Shown here: one piece after another, positions 1 through 24,130 of the stretch
Layout: every line of letters begins with the position of its first letter
Numbering within the stretch: position 1 is the first letter of the stretch
Source of the DNA: Amoebidium appalachense
Taxonomy: Eukaryota; Protista; Ichthyosporea
Assembly (NCBI GenBank): GCA_963693365.1
Contig: CAVNZM010000040.1
Location: forward strand, 1-36,363
Length of the DNA: 36,363 bases
Direction: 5' to 3'
The notes under the pieces: model-generated
What the model saw: the letters and a program-made list of their open reading frames with translations, nothing else
Told to the model about the DNA's origin: nothing
Databases searched by the model: none
Made by a program: the position numbers and the translations under genes

Positions 1-23
1 GGGGGGGGGGGGGGGCTGCTTAC

Positions 24-3016
24 AAATGCTGGGTCATATAGTCGAACAGCGCCTGGTTGCGAACTGACGGAGGCAAACAGAGCCACCGAGTCCTCAGGTT
101 TTTCACCTGCGCTGACGTGAATCTCTCGTAGCAGTTGTCATTGCACCTGCAGTAGGGAGGACATATGAGAACAAATGAATACTGTACAATACCACCCCTT
201 ACGTGACGGTCATCATACTATCACAGCTAGCTATAACAGTATTTTCTCACCCATTATGCATTCCACAGGCAGCTGCAATGTAAAAATGAAGCAAGTCCCC
301 CCACTGGTTGGCTCAGAGCTGACGAGCACCAGAACTTGAATGTGGCACACACACGGGCTTCCGCTCTAGTATTCCACTAATGATTGAATGTACGGAATGC
401 TAGCTCAAACAGTGTCAATTTACATGCGCCGGCTCAGATGATGTGCGCCAGAAGTGTGATTTTTCTTTACCTGCAAGTCATAGCCAAGACACTTTCAATG
501 GCTGCCTCTGACAACTTCTTTTTTGTGTCGGGCAGAAAAGGTTGCGCAGACCCTATGGGCGTGGGCGGGAATGCCCCTGTAGTAACTCGGTCCCTCTGCT
601 GTGCCTCAGCACGGTTACGTTTTAATTTATCAGCCATCGCCGCCTTCGATCTGGCCACCCCATGTTGCCGCCGTGCCTCCACCTCTTCGATTAATCTTTT
701 TGCATTCTCCTCTTCGGCATCCATTGCTTCTCTTGAAAAAGAAAGCTCCTCCGCACTGCCACTACCTAATTGACTGCTGCTGATTTGTCTGGTACTCGCC
801 GGGTTGTTGCAGTTTGTGTTGGAAGTAGAGTCCGCTGTGACTAGGGTCGTCGTGGCGCGCTTGGGCGCTGACCCGTTTTTTACTGCTTTCAGTGTGTTAA
901 CTCCATGACTGAACTCCATGACTGAACTCCATGACTGAACTCCATGACTGAACTCCATGACTGAACTCCATGACTGAACTCCATGACTGAACTCCATGAC
1001 TAAACTCCATGACTGAACTCCATGACTTAACTCCATGTCTGCACCTGGCAGAGCCGTGGCTTATATACCCGTGGGGCAGCAGTCTGGAATGTAATCCGGA
1101 TGCCAGGCGCTAATCGGATTGGTTACTTTCATTTAGAGATCTCTGGGACCAGTGAACCAATCGTTTGCAGTCAAAACACAATTGGCAACATTCCTCAACT
1201 ATGCAGATGTGCATGTGGTGATCGAGTGTCAGCGTGTGTCTGTGTACACGGAACCAATTGTAAAGCTAACATACACATATAGTGGAGTGAGCGTAAGTCT
1301 GCACTCCAACACCCCTACCCAATTGGAGAAGTGTACACACCACTAGAGAAGAGAGAGTGAGTGTGGCTACTTGCAGGGTAGACCGGGGTGTGCATTCCAC
1401 TGTGGTGCTTGCCCCGCCAATGAAGTGGAATACTTGACGTTGATGTCGCAGGCTGCTGCGGATGGAGTTTGTGGAAGCGAAAGTCTCTACTTCACGGAAA
1501 TACGCTCGCGGGTGTAGGGTACAGCCTAGAAGTCGGGTTCTGGCTCCTCCGTTCAAGGCGTCGTAGGGGACGTGAAGTTAGAGGCCGCGGTGTCGTGTCT
1601 GGGCCCATAACCCTGTTGGAAGTAGAGTCCGCTGTGACTAGGGTCGTCGTGGCGCGCTTGGGCGCTGACCCGTTTTTTACTGCTTTCAGTGTGTTAACTC
1701 CATGACTGAACTCCATGACTGAACTCCATGACTGAACTCCATGACTGAACTCCATGTCTGAACTCCATTTCTGCACCTGGCAGAGCCGTGGTTTATATAC
1801 CCGTGGGGCAGCAGTCTGGAATGTAATCCGGATGCCAGGCGCTAATCGGATTGGTTACTTTCATTTAGAGATCTCTGGGACCAGTGAACCAATCGTTTGC
1901 AGTCAAAACACAATTGGCAACATTCCTCAACTATGCAGATGTGCATGTGGTGATCGAGTGTCAGCGTGTGTCTGTGTACACGGAACCAATTGTAAAGCTA
2001 ACATACACATATTGTGGAGTGAGCGTAAGTCTGCACTCCAACACCCCTACCCAATTGGAGAAGTGTACACACCACTAGAGAAGAGAGAGTGAGTGTGGCT
2101 GCTTGCAGGGTAGACCGGGGTGTGCATTCCACTGTGGTGCGTGCCCCGCCAATGAAGTGGAATACTTGACGTTGATGTCGCAGGCTGCTGCGGATGGAGT
2201 TTGTGGAAGCGAAAGTCTCTAATGAAGTTAGAGGCCGCGGTGTCGTGTCTGGGCCCATAACCCTGTTGGAAGTAGAGTCCGCTGTGACTAGGGTCGTCGT
2301 GGCGCGCTTGGGCGCTGACCCGTTTTTTTACTGCTTTCAGTGTGTTAACTCCATGACTGAACTCCATGACTGAACTCCATGACTGAACTCCATGTCTGAA
2401 CTCCATGACTGAACTCCATGACTGAACTCCATGACTGAACTCCATGACTGAACTCCATGACTTAACTCCATGTCTGCACCTGGCAGAGACGTGGCTTATA
2501 TACCCGTGGGGCAGCAGTCTGGAATGTAATCCGGATGCCAGGCGCTAATCGGATTGGTTACTTTCATTTAGAGATCTCTGGGACCAGTGAACCAATCGTT
2601 TGCAGTCAAAACACAATTGGCAACATTCCTCAACTATGCAGATGTGCATGTGGTGATCGAGTGTCAGCGTGTGTCTGTGTACACGGAACCAATTGTAAAG
2701 CTAACATACACATATAGTGGAGTGAGCGTAAGTCTGCACTCCAACAGTTTGCTAACGTTGTGTTGTTGCATGTGTCAATACGTGTGCGTTTGCGTGCACG
2801 TGCGCAGCCATCATTAACAATGCTGCCCCGTTTTGCATTTGCATTGTTACCACTTGAGTTAGATGTGAAGTTTTGTTGTAGCTCGCCAAGAACTTTTCTA
2901 GCGTTCGGGCCTGTGGTTAACGTGTCTTTTTGTAATGGGGCTCCCTGCCTTCGACATGTCCCCACGGGCCTGACAGGGCCGCTTCTCACAATTGGGCCCA
3001 TTTTACAAGCCCTCAC
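24..3016 (-). CDS. Spliced gene interrupted by an LTR element; N-terminal part of a putative Sola-like DNA transposase (CxCx3C motif); continues off the left edge
   Basis: Removing 817-2746 plus one TSD copy joins ORF 2630..3016 and ORF 467..1036 in frame (...TTLAN-CNNPAST...). Exons 3016/3001-2747+811-471 and 146-24 have GT/AG boundaries with matching phase and give LAMTCRCNDNCYERFTSAQVKNLRTRWLCLPPSVRNQALFDYMTQH. The C-x-C-x3-C..F..R..W..L..Q..L pattern recalls Sola-type transposase N-termini (inference; no catalytic domain in the window). Confidence 0.6.
817..1311 (-). repeat. LTR (3' LTR in element orientation), 495 bp
   Basis: TG..CA termini with 7-bp inverted ends; preceded on the minus strand by PPT GGGTAGGGG (1312-1320). 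Confidence 0.9.
899..1036. repeat. 13-bp minisatellite (CTCCATGACTGAA)n inside each LTR; about 11, 6 and 10 units (899-1036, 1696-1768, 2347-2472)
   Basis: Direct reading; LTR length differences (65 bp; 13 bp less a 1-nt insertion) are multiples of the unit. Confidence 0.95.
1614..2043 (-). repeat. Middle LTR, 430 bp
   Basis: Near-identical to the other LTRs with 5 fewer 13-bp units than 817-1311; flanked by PBS (1599-1612) and PPT (2044-2052). Confidence 0.9.
2249..2262 (-). other. Primer-binding site GGTTATGGGCCCAG (half-tRNAiMet type); second copy at 1599-1612
   Basis: Lies 1 nt inside the LTR end; matches the internal tRNAiMet-fragment PBS type known from Drosophila copia and related copia elements. 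Confidence 0.85.
2264..2746 (-). repeat. LTR (5' LTR in element orientation), 483 bp
   Basis: TG..CA termini; followed on the minus strand by the PBS at 2249-2262. Confidence 0.9.
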
Positions 3017-4470
3017 CTACACGTAATTTCCTCTGTTCATATGCTTGAGACGATAGATTAGAATCCCATGCACTTGAAAATGTCACAAACACAAGTCGTT
3101 ACTGGGTACGTGTGGCACATGGGTGTTCTCGCATGTATGCTAATGCTAGTTGTCAGGTTCCCCTGGGAGCATGCAGATCTGTTTTGGTGCATCTTTCGCC
3201 AGTCAAACATAGCCAAGTAGGATCTCGACACAATGCTTTGATTGGCGGATATTTTTTATCCAGTCTGGCGCGGTGACATGCCGCACAACAGAATGTGTGC
3301 CTAATGGTTCATAAAAAGGAATCTTTCAAGTGTGAAAATATGGTAGTGTGTCATTGTGGCATAAATGAGTCAACGTAACATATTTTGTAGTAGAAAAGTT
3401 CTGGAGATGTACGAAAATGGAGCCCGTACCTCCTGCTGTTGAACATGTTTTGGAAAAAACCAAACAAAGAACAAGACACCTAAAGCCACATTGCCACCGC
3501 GCTAGGACAACATGTGTCCTAGTTGGCGCTGGGGTGGCAAAAGGCCAACTCGCATTTTCTTATTGGCCGAGCCTACGCCATTCAAAGAGTGGAAGTTACC
3601 AAAATTCCTCAGCCATGATCAGATCGTAAGACACACGACTATTGACAGTATAGTGATTATTGCAATAACTCACATGATAAGAGATAAACATTGTTATTAG
3701 AGACCCTAATTAACAACAACAAAAAAAAAAAGAAGTGAAAAAAATAAAATAAAAAGGAAGTAAACGTACATCAGAAGGAATCTAAGCACCCTTGACATGA
3801 TCATAACCCTAGTAGCGGCTAGGAAACTCGCACGATTTATGCCACCAACCAATCAGACTCATGGAAACGCACGAGGCCAACCCGTGCAAACCATTCGAGC
3901 CTTCATTTATTCCGTAAAACTAGAATTGGCGTGCCTAGAATATTCCATGTATAAATTATTTATTATTTCTTTGATTCTGGCAATGGATATTCAGTCCGAG
4001 AAGACAGCAGAGATGTTTAGAATGCACTCTAAAGTAGCTGAAATTTGGTTCGGGATCGACGTGCATTTCATTCATCCAATAGGAAGCAGAGATCTAAGAT
4101 GCTGTATCATGCAGTATGTGTATTCAAAGCCAATCAGAATGAAGAAGCATATGGGGCTCGAAATTTATTTCTCTGACATACCGTAGAATTGGAGTATCCT
4201 TTACAGCTCATACAGTAACTGCCATGTGTGTAGACCAATATATGCCTACATATGCAGACACATATGAAATTCTATTTGATACTCTAACATTATGCAAACA
4301 TCCTTGTTAAATTATTACAATGTACATTGAAGTTAGGGCCGAGTTTGACGCCGCCGGGTCGGCTTGAGAATCTTACAACCCTTTCGTGGATTTAGCCGGC
4401 TTGCGCACCGCTGTCCCTCATTTGCAGTTGCAGTGGTTTCGGTGAGATTCATACCATAGCTTCTTTAAAA
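3017..4470. promoter_or_regulatory. Divergent intergenic/promoter region between the Sola-like gene and the ParB-MTase gene
   Basis: Head-to-head genes; CCAAT boxes at ~3849, ~4076 and ~4130. Confidence 0.35.
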
Positions 4471-17794
<13,324 letters not shown>

Positions 17795-17809
17795 CATCAG
17801 CAATCTTGT
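17795..17809 (+). repeat. Left TIR CATCAGCAATCTTGT
   Basis: Exact reverse complement of 35955-35969. Confidence 0.92.
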
Positions 17810-18600
17810 CGAATCCATCCATAAGCCATCTAAGACGTCAGCATCTAATCAAAGTCATCTACATCCCACCCTTTAACCCTATCTACCCCATATCCCATCG
17901 AAAAGATGTCAGGATATTTTCGGACCATTTAAAGACGACTTTCAAGTTATCATAAAGATGTCTGGAAATTTCCTGACATCTTTATATACATTTTTCCTGA
18001 CATCGTTTTCTACACCTAAACCTAACCACTACCCATCCGTAACCCCCCCCAATCCCCACCTTTTCTACCCCTAAAATATAGGTATCGTAAGATCCTGCAC
18101 ATCAAGACCCTTTTATGTCATCTTTAAGGCCACTTTAAAGAGCTCAAATAAGAAATTAAGGCAACAAACAGACATCTAAACGATATCGTTAAAGGGACAT
18201 GATGTACATTACCTTATTGCAACGAGAGGTGATTTAGAGGTCTTCATGTTGACTTCTCTGCATCTAAAACGGCACATAAGGAGAACTAAATGTTGCCTTT
18301 AAAGTATCTCGGGGCATCGGAATCCTTATTTCACGATGCCTTTATGTCATCAAACGGATCTGTTGCCGACCATACAAAGATACCTTTTGGATCACTCTAC
18401 ATGATCTTTATTTCATGCACACCGATTCACGACATACACATGTCACCTTTATGTTTACTTTGTGACAACTTGTGCAGCATAATAAGTCGACAAAACGATC
18501 ACTACAAGCAATTTAATATGATCATTATACTGTATTCTAATCGTCCAAAAATCTATATTAAAGCATCATTTTGTGCCCCGGTTGATGCCAAGATGATGTC
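17810..18600. repeat. Left subterminal region of the Plavaka element
   Basis: Non-coding, AT-richer, dense in GACATC/GATGTC-like motifs; CCATCTAAGACGTC resembles CCATCTATGACGTC in the right subterminal region. Confidence 0.55.
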
Positions 18601-18702
18601 AGTTCCCCCCAGTTTCCCCCCCCCCCCCCCCCCTTCCCTTTCCTCCCCGTGGCTGCACAGTGAAGTGTCGTTGACCGTGCTGAACAATCTTTAATTTCTT
18701 AT

Positions 18703-18762
18703 GACACGTCCCACTGGGACGTGTCTCCACTCTTTACATCTACGGGATGTCCCACTGGGACA
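18703..18762. repeat. Two palindromes GACACGTCCCACTGGGACGTGTC and TGTCCCACTGGGACA
   Basis: Direct reading; located downstream of the JmjC stop codon. Confidence 0.8.
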
Positions 18763-18949
18763 CCCCTCTACTGTCTCAACTATTCAAAACATTAAAATTC
18801 AAGAAAAGAAACACTATAAATTTATGAGAAAAAAACAAAACTAAACAAAGTAAACAAACTTGCAAAATAAAATCCAAAATAATCCCCTACAAAAAAGGGG
18901 CAGTACATTTCTTGGGGGGAAGGGGGAGGGGGGGGGGGGAGGTGGGGGG

Positions 18950-19743
18950 CTAAGGGGTGAATTTGGGCTTTTTGTGGGGGCTGGCATGACCCTGTTGGCG
19001 CCTTCTCTTCATCGCCGACCTGGTAAGGGGGGTCTCTCCCTCAGCCTCGTTGAACTCAGCCGGAGAGTCCTCACCTTGAAACTCAGCCGCCTCCTCCTCC
19101 ACCCCCTCCACCTGCTGCACGGCCTCGCTGTCACCCTCCGTGCCGCCCACAGCGACATCCTCGCCCTCCTTGCCGACCTTGGCCGCGTCCGTCTCGTTTT
19201 CACGTTGGTCCACCTTGGGGTCTGGGGCCTCCTTGTGCAGAGACGCGGCCTCCTTAGCGGCCTGCTCCTCCCGCTCCCGCTCCGCCAGTGCCTCTGCCTC
19301 CCTCTCCGCATCGGCCTCCTCCTGCTGCCTGCGCAACTCCTCCCCGGCCTCCCGCTCGGCTGTCACCATCTGGTCCTTCACGTAGTTGTCGTAGTTTGAG
19401 ATGTACTGCAGGTAATGGCGGGCACAGAGTCAGATGCTTTACAGAAGTCAGTCTAGAAAACTTTTTCCAACGATGTGATTGTGTTGTTTGTGTTTTTTTT
19501 TTATGGGGGGGGGGGGGGGGGGGGGTTTGCAGATGTGAACAAAGAAGTCTTTTATAAAACAGAACAGACTAAATGCTAACTAGCTCGAGTGTCGGCACGC
19601 TATAGTGTAGTCAGCCATAATCACACCATAAGGGGGGGGGGGGGGGGGGAGGGTAGGAATTATAATGAACTTAGCGTAAGTCTCGTGAGCCATGATGAAA
19701 CACCCCACAGCTCAAGTGTCAGCATCCTATTGCCTAGCCAAAA

Positions 19744-19776
<33 letters not shown>

Positions 19777-21183
19777 CCACCAACTTGATGTTGCCTTCGG
19801 CCGCAGCACCGTCATAGTTGGGGTCGTCACATTCGAATTTCACGGGGGTCCACTTGTTGATGAGCTTGTGTTGGTTGGGGTCTCGCAGCGACACCTCGAA
19901 GCAGTTGACGACCAGCCGGAAGAATGCCCTGTGGTCTCTGGCGATATCCTGCCCAGTGCTTCTTTAGTGATCTGTTTTCAAAAGAGGTAAAGTTCGGAAG
20001 GAATACACATAAGGAAGAGAAGAGAAGAGACAGATAATGTTGTCGTCATATGGTCTTACTGACATCCAATGGATGTCATTAGGATCATATGACGACAACA
20101 TTATGGCCCTTCATGATGTAAGAATGTGACCGTAATTCTCTATGATGATGCTTAAAACTGTCTTTATTCTTGAAATATTCCAAGCATTTGCAGACCTAGG
20201 AATATGCATCAATTTTTTTTCGATTCGATTCGTGGAATGTTCATGGTGGAGGGGAGCGGGGGGGGGGGGGGGGGGGGGGGGGGGGAAAGAAAGCGTTATG
20301 CAAGTAAATATATACGATGAAAGCAAGTTATTTGGGAAGTTAAACCGGTGATCAGAGGAGAACGTGGAAGGGTGAAAGGGAGTGTGTGTGTGTGTATGTG
20401 TGTGTACACACGTGTGTTGGTTGAAGAGCGAGTATGTGTGAGTGGGTGGTGGGCAGGAGGGAAGGGGGGGGGGGGGGGGGGGGGTCCTTTGATGTAGTCT
20501 AGACTCAGAATGTGTTGAAAGTGATTTGTTGGGGACATTACATACCAAGGCAGTCTTGTTGCCAAGGACAAGCCGCACAGCCTTCAATGAGATGCTGCTG
20601 AACAGGCGGGAAAACGGCTGGTACCCGAACGGGTTGCCCGTTTCAGGGTCGACAGAGTACACGCGGCCGCACGGCTGGCCATTCAGCTTGACCTCATCCA
20701 GGAGGGCCAGCCACAGCGCTGGTCGCTCATCGGCAGTTGGGGCGTAGGCGACCAGCTGTGAATGTGTGTTTGAATGCAGCAAAAGAAAGGAAACAGAAGC
20801 GAGTGGTGGTGAAGCAGGTGGCGGTGGCGTTGTGGGGGGGGGGGGGGGGGGAGGAGGGGGCGGGGGGGGGGGGGGGGGGGTTAGTCCATGATTGTGTATT
20901 ACAGAAGACTGTCAATAAAATATTATATAAATACAATGAAAAGAAAGTATTATTACTACATTACTACTTGAAACAGCTACATATCTCCATCCCTGTACAA
21001 ATGACGTTAATGGCATACAAGTAGATTAGAACAAAACAGCTACATATCTCCATCCCTGTACAAATGACGTTAATGGCATACAAGTAGATTAGAACAAAGT
21101 AACCTGTGTGCTAGGATGCGTGTGAGAAGAGTTAAGCCCATTGTCATAGAAGGAGTCCGTTGAGTACGGAGGCGGGGGACGCG

Positions 21184-21215
<32 letters not shown>

Positions 21216-24130
21216 ATACATCGAGATTGGTCCCAGGTACAACGTACCCAGTCCTCAGGAAGTTGCGGACGTGCTGGTGGACATTGGACTTGATGGAGGT
21301 GATGCCCGTGCGGATTTTGGAGATATACTTCTGTGCGGGATCGCTACGCACACAGTTGCGGATGATGTGGACCCACTTGGCCACGGCCTCCTGATTCAGC
21401 TTCGCGCTTGACGTCTCGACTTTCTGAAGAACCTCGACGAACTTTCCAGCCAGGTCCCCATCGTGGGCGTTGTTGATCTGGGGTGACTCCAGCACAAGGT
21501 GCTGGTAGATGTTGTGGGTCTTGGAGGACTTTTCCACATAGTCATTCTGACGGTGATGGAAAATGTTAGAAAACAAGAATGACGATGTGAATAAATCTTG
21601 ATGGAGCTATAAATCCTCCATGCTGGAAACGTGCTGTAGCAGTTGCTTTGAAATGACCAAGTTTGAATAGTTCCTTCAGTTTATCCACTTAGACAGAATA
21701 AGGGTGTGGATGTAGTAGGGATGGGTTTAGTGCGGGTAGGGGGGGATGAATGCATTAGGAGGTGGCAGCATGAGGTGGTGGGATGGCAACAATTCCTCCA
21801 CAAGGATGAGCTTTGATCACAGAGATTGGTGGGGGGAGGGTTGTTTGAAACATAACTACTACAATAGGTAAGAGAAACAAAATCAAAACGAAACCAAGGG
21901 AGGGATAGGTTGCCTACCAGGAACTGGGTGGTCTCCTGAAAGGATAATGTCTCGGGGTGTTTCTTGGAGGGGGAGGGGGTTGGGCGACGGGAAGGGGTGG
22001 TAGGGGTGCGGCCCAGCCCAGGCCCAGATGGAGACGGAGGCGGCTCTGGATCATCAAGCACTGGCAGTCTCGCCTCCTTGCCCAGGAGGGCGCGCAACTG
22101 CTCCCTCATGGCGGCGCGACTGTAGGAGCGGATGAGCTTTCGCATCCTCTGGTTGGTGTAGGTTGGGTGCTTGCCCGACAACACCAGTGTGTAAAAAAGG
22201 ACCTCGAGCTGATCCTCGCGGTTGTAGGGGCATTCATCCTCGTCGTTGAAGTTGTTCTCGTCATCTTCCTGGACTTCTGTGACTGAAGAATAGTAGGACT
22301 AATGTTAGTACAATTGTTGGAATCGTAGAAAACTAACAGAAGTGCGGAAACAGGGCAACCCTGGCAACAGATAGTATTTTCCGGCATGATCCAGATAACT
22401 ATTGGAGGTCATCATATGACCCAAAACACCACCGAATCCCCCCCTTTCCCAACCATTTCTACACCAAAAATGATCTATCGTATGGATATCCCCATCAACA
22501 TATCGTGGGTGAAGGCAGAGGTTTCGAAAACACAAAAGAACTAGTTGACGTGGACAGGCGAGTGGGGGGAGCGAGTAAACCACACTAGCAGCAGGTGTGT
22601 TTAGAAAGAGTGGAGTGGGTGAAGGGAGAGTATATAAACGGAGGGGGAGGGGGGGGGGGGGGGGGGGAGGGTTGAATGCAGTCAACAGAACAAAAGTACA
22701 AATACAACGGGGAGTGTGGGTGGGTGAGTGGGGGGGGGGGGGGGGGGGGGGTTTGACCAATAGCAACGGGTATGTTTTCCTGTGTAACTGACTGGAATCC
22801 CGCTATCATGTTCTCCACACTAGGCAAGAAGTGTTCCCGACACTCGCACGTGGGATACAGCGCAAGCTGGTCGATCCAGAGAAAAGTTGCGGTGTTCACT
22901 GCTAGCGCAATGTTCGGGCCAACCTGAAAGCCATAGTGAAGCGCTCCAGGTGTGGTTTGTACCAAGTCGCCGGCGCGCTGTACGACTATGACAGGTGCCA
23001 ACCCTATGGATGCAAGGTAACGCGGAGACCGAGGGATATAATTTTTGTGCTGAAGTGGGTTTCTGCACGAGCCTGGCAATTCGTTGCGGGCCAGCTGTAA
23101 GAGCCGTTTGTACTGGGAGGGAGGGTGGATAAACCACACCTTAAGGCCCCACAAAAGAAGGCTTGCTGAGGCCAGCGCGGCATCTTCAATGTGTGCACCA
23201 AACACTGTTAAACCCAAGACAGACAACTGCGCGTACAACATGGCAACATTGATTCCTGGCATTGTTTCCCCGAAATGATTTCTTCCCAACGGCGTGAAGT
23301 CACTGATTGCAGTTACATTGAAAATGCGTTCGTCGAATATTTGATCACCATCCACCTCGACATCGGATGCATAGACACCACCAACACCTTCGAGGTTTTC
23401 CTCAAACAACTGCGCTATCTGCTCACTGCTCATTTCACCCAAACCACTAACATCTTGAGGCAACGTTTGACACTTGGAAAGGTCCACGCTGACAGGCTCC
23501 CGGCTTATCTCGCACCATGACTCGGACACGCGAGTTACTGTTTGCCTACACGCTTGCTCTTTTATCTCTTTGGTCGAAAACTGTTCCATCGCATCACGAA
23601 AAGGAACAGGAGGTGCAAACCCCTCTAATAAACAACAGCCCTCCCGTTTCTCTTCAGCACTGTGCAGGGCACGAAGTGCCTTTAAAGCCTTTTCCCTATC
23701 CATGAAAGACGAAGCGCAATGTTGTTTTTATGTTTGAAGATTTTAAAAGTTTTTGATGTTACAGTGAGAAAGCCTAGGTGAAACTGACAACGAGCACACG
23801 CGTAACGACTATTTATGCAGCAGGGGGTGTAAAACACAAACACAACCCACCTTTCCTCTTCGGCTGCAGCATGGCGAGGGCGGCCGGGGCCGTAACTGAG
23901 GTGATGCCTTTGAGGAGAATGCCGACTGACTGCCCAGTAGGGCTATCAGCCTTGCTGGGATTCTCCCTGCCCCTACCCCCGGCCTTGCTATCCTTGCCGC
24001 CCTTGCCGCCCTTGCCGCCCTTGCTGGCGGCCACGGGCTCGCTGCAGTCCGAGTCGTCGAACGGCGTCTCAACCTTTTTGCGCTTGGGAAGCTTGGTCGT
24101 TGTGGCGCCCATTTTCGCGGTCTTTGGCAT
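18950..24130 (-). CDS. KDM4/JMJD2-like JmjC-domain protein (putative histone lysine demethylase), about 890 aa, transposon cargo
   Basis: Exons 24130-23851, ~23624-22758, 22282-21918, 21546-21220, 20755-20546, 19948-19781, 19405-18950 splice in phase (exon 2 boundaries least certain). The JmjC core MPGINVAMLY..FGAHIED..LKVWF..CRNPLQHK..QRAGDLVQTTPGALHYGFQVGPNIALAVN..CECR has the HxE...H Fe(II) triad, the 2OG-binding Lys and the KDM4-type Cys/His/CxC zinc site. Basic N-terminus and acidic coiled C-terminus ending in KKPKF. Confidence 0.85.
20034..20104. repeat. 71-bp near-perfect inverted repeat (hairpin) in a JmjC intron
   Basis: 19-bp perfect outer stem ATAATGTTGTCGTCATATG/CATATGACGACAACATTAT and 9-bp inner stem TGACATCCA/TGGATGTCA. 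Confidence 0.9.
20971..21098. repeat. 63-bp tandem duplication in a JmjC intron
   Basis: AAACAGCTACATATCTCC...GTAGATTAGAACAAA occurs twice. Confidence 0.9.

Larger units (their letters stand above)
817..2746 (-). mobile_element. Non-autonomous copia-type LTR retrotransposon (tandem TRIM; LTR-int-LTR-int-LTR)
   Basis: Three LTRs (817-1311, 1614-2043, 2264-2746), each TGTTGGA...TCCAACA. 5-bp TSD GTTTG at 812-816 and 2747-2751. Internal regions of 302 and 220 bp with no recognisable gag/pol. PBS and PPT place it on the minus strand. Confidence 0.93.

Noticed and set aside
899-2472. MEFSHGVQSWSSV repeat proteins and triplicated 60-64 aa ORFs
   Set aside because: Translations of the 13-bp LTR minisatellite and LTR sequence; no gag/pol motifs.
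3417-4186. Short ORFs in the divergent intergenic region
   Set aside because: AT-rich, no recognisable motifs or splice-consistent partners.
18860-19399. Plus-strand Leu-rich 179-aa ORF (likewise 19589-19990, 33442-33963, 36131-36361)
   Set aside because: Antisense shadows of real coding exons on the opposite strand.
22305-22520. Possible extra exon or kinase Gly-loop (WERGGFGGV)
   Set aside because: No other kinase motifs, and the flanking JmjC exons already splice in phase without it.
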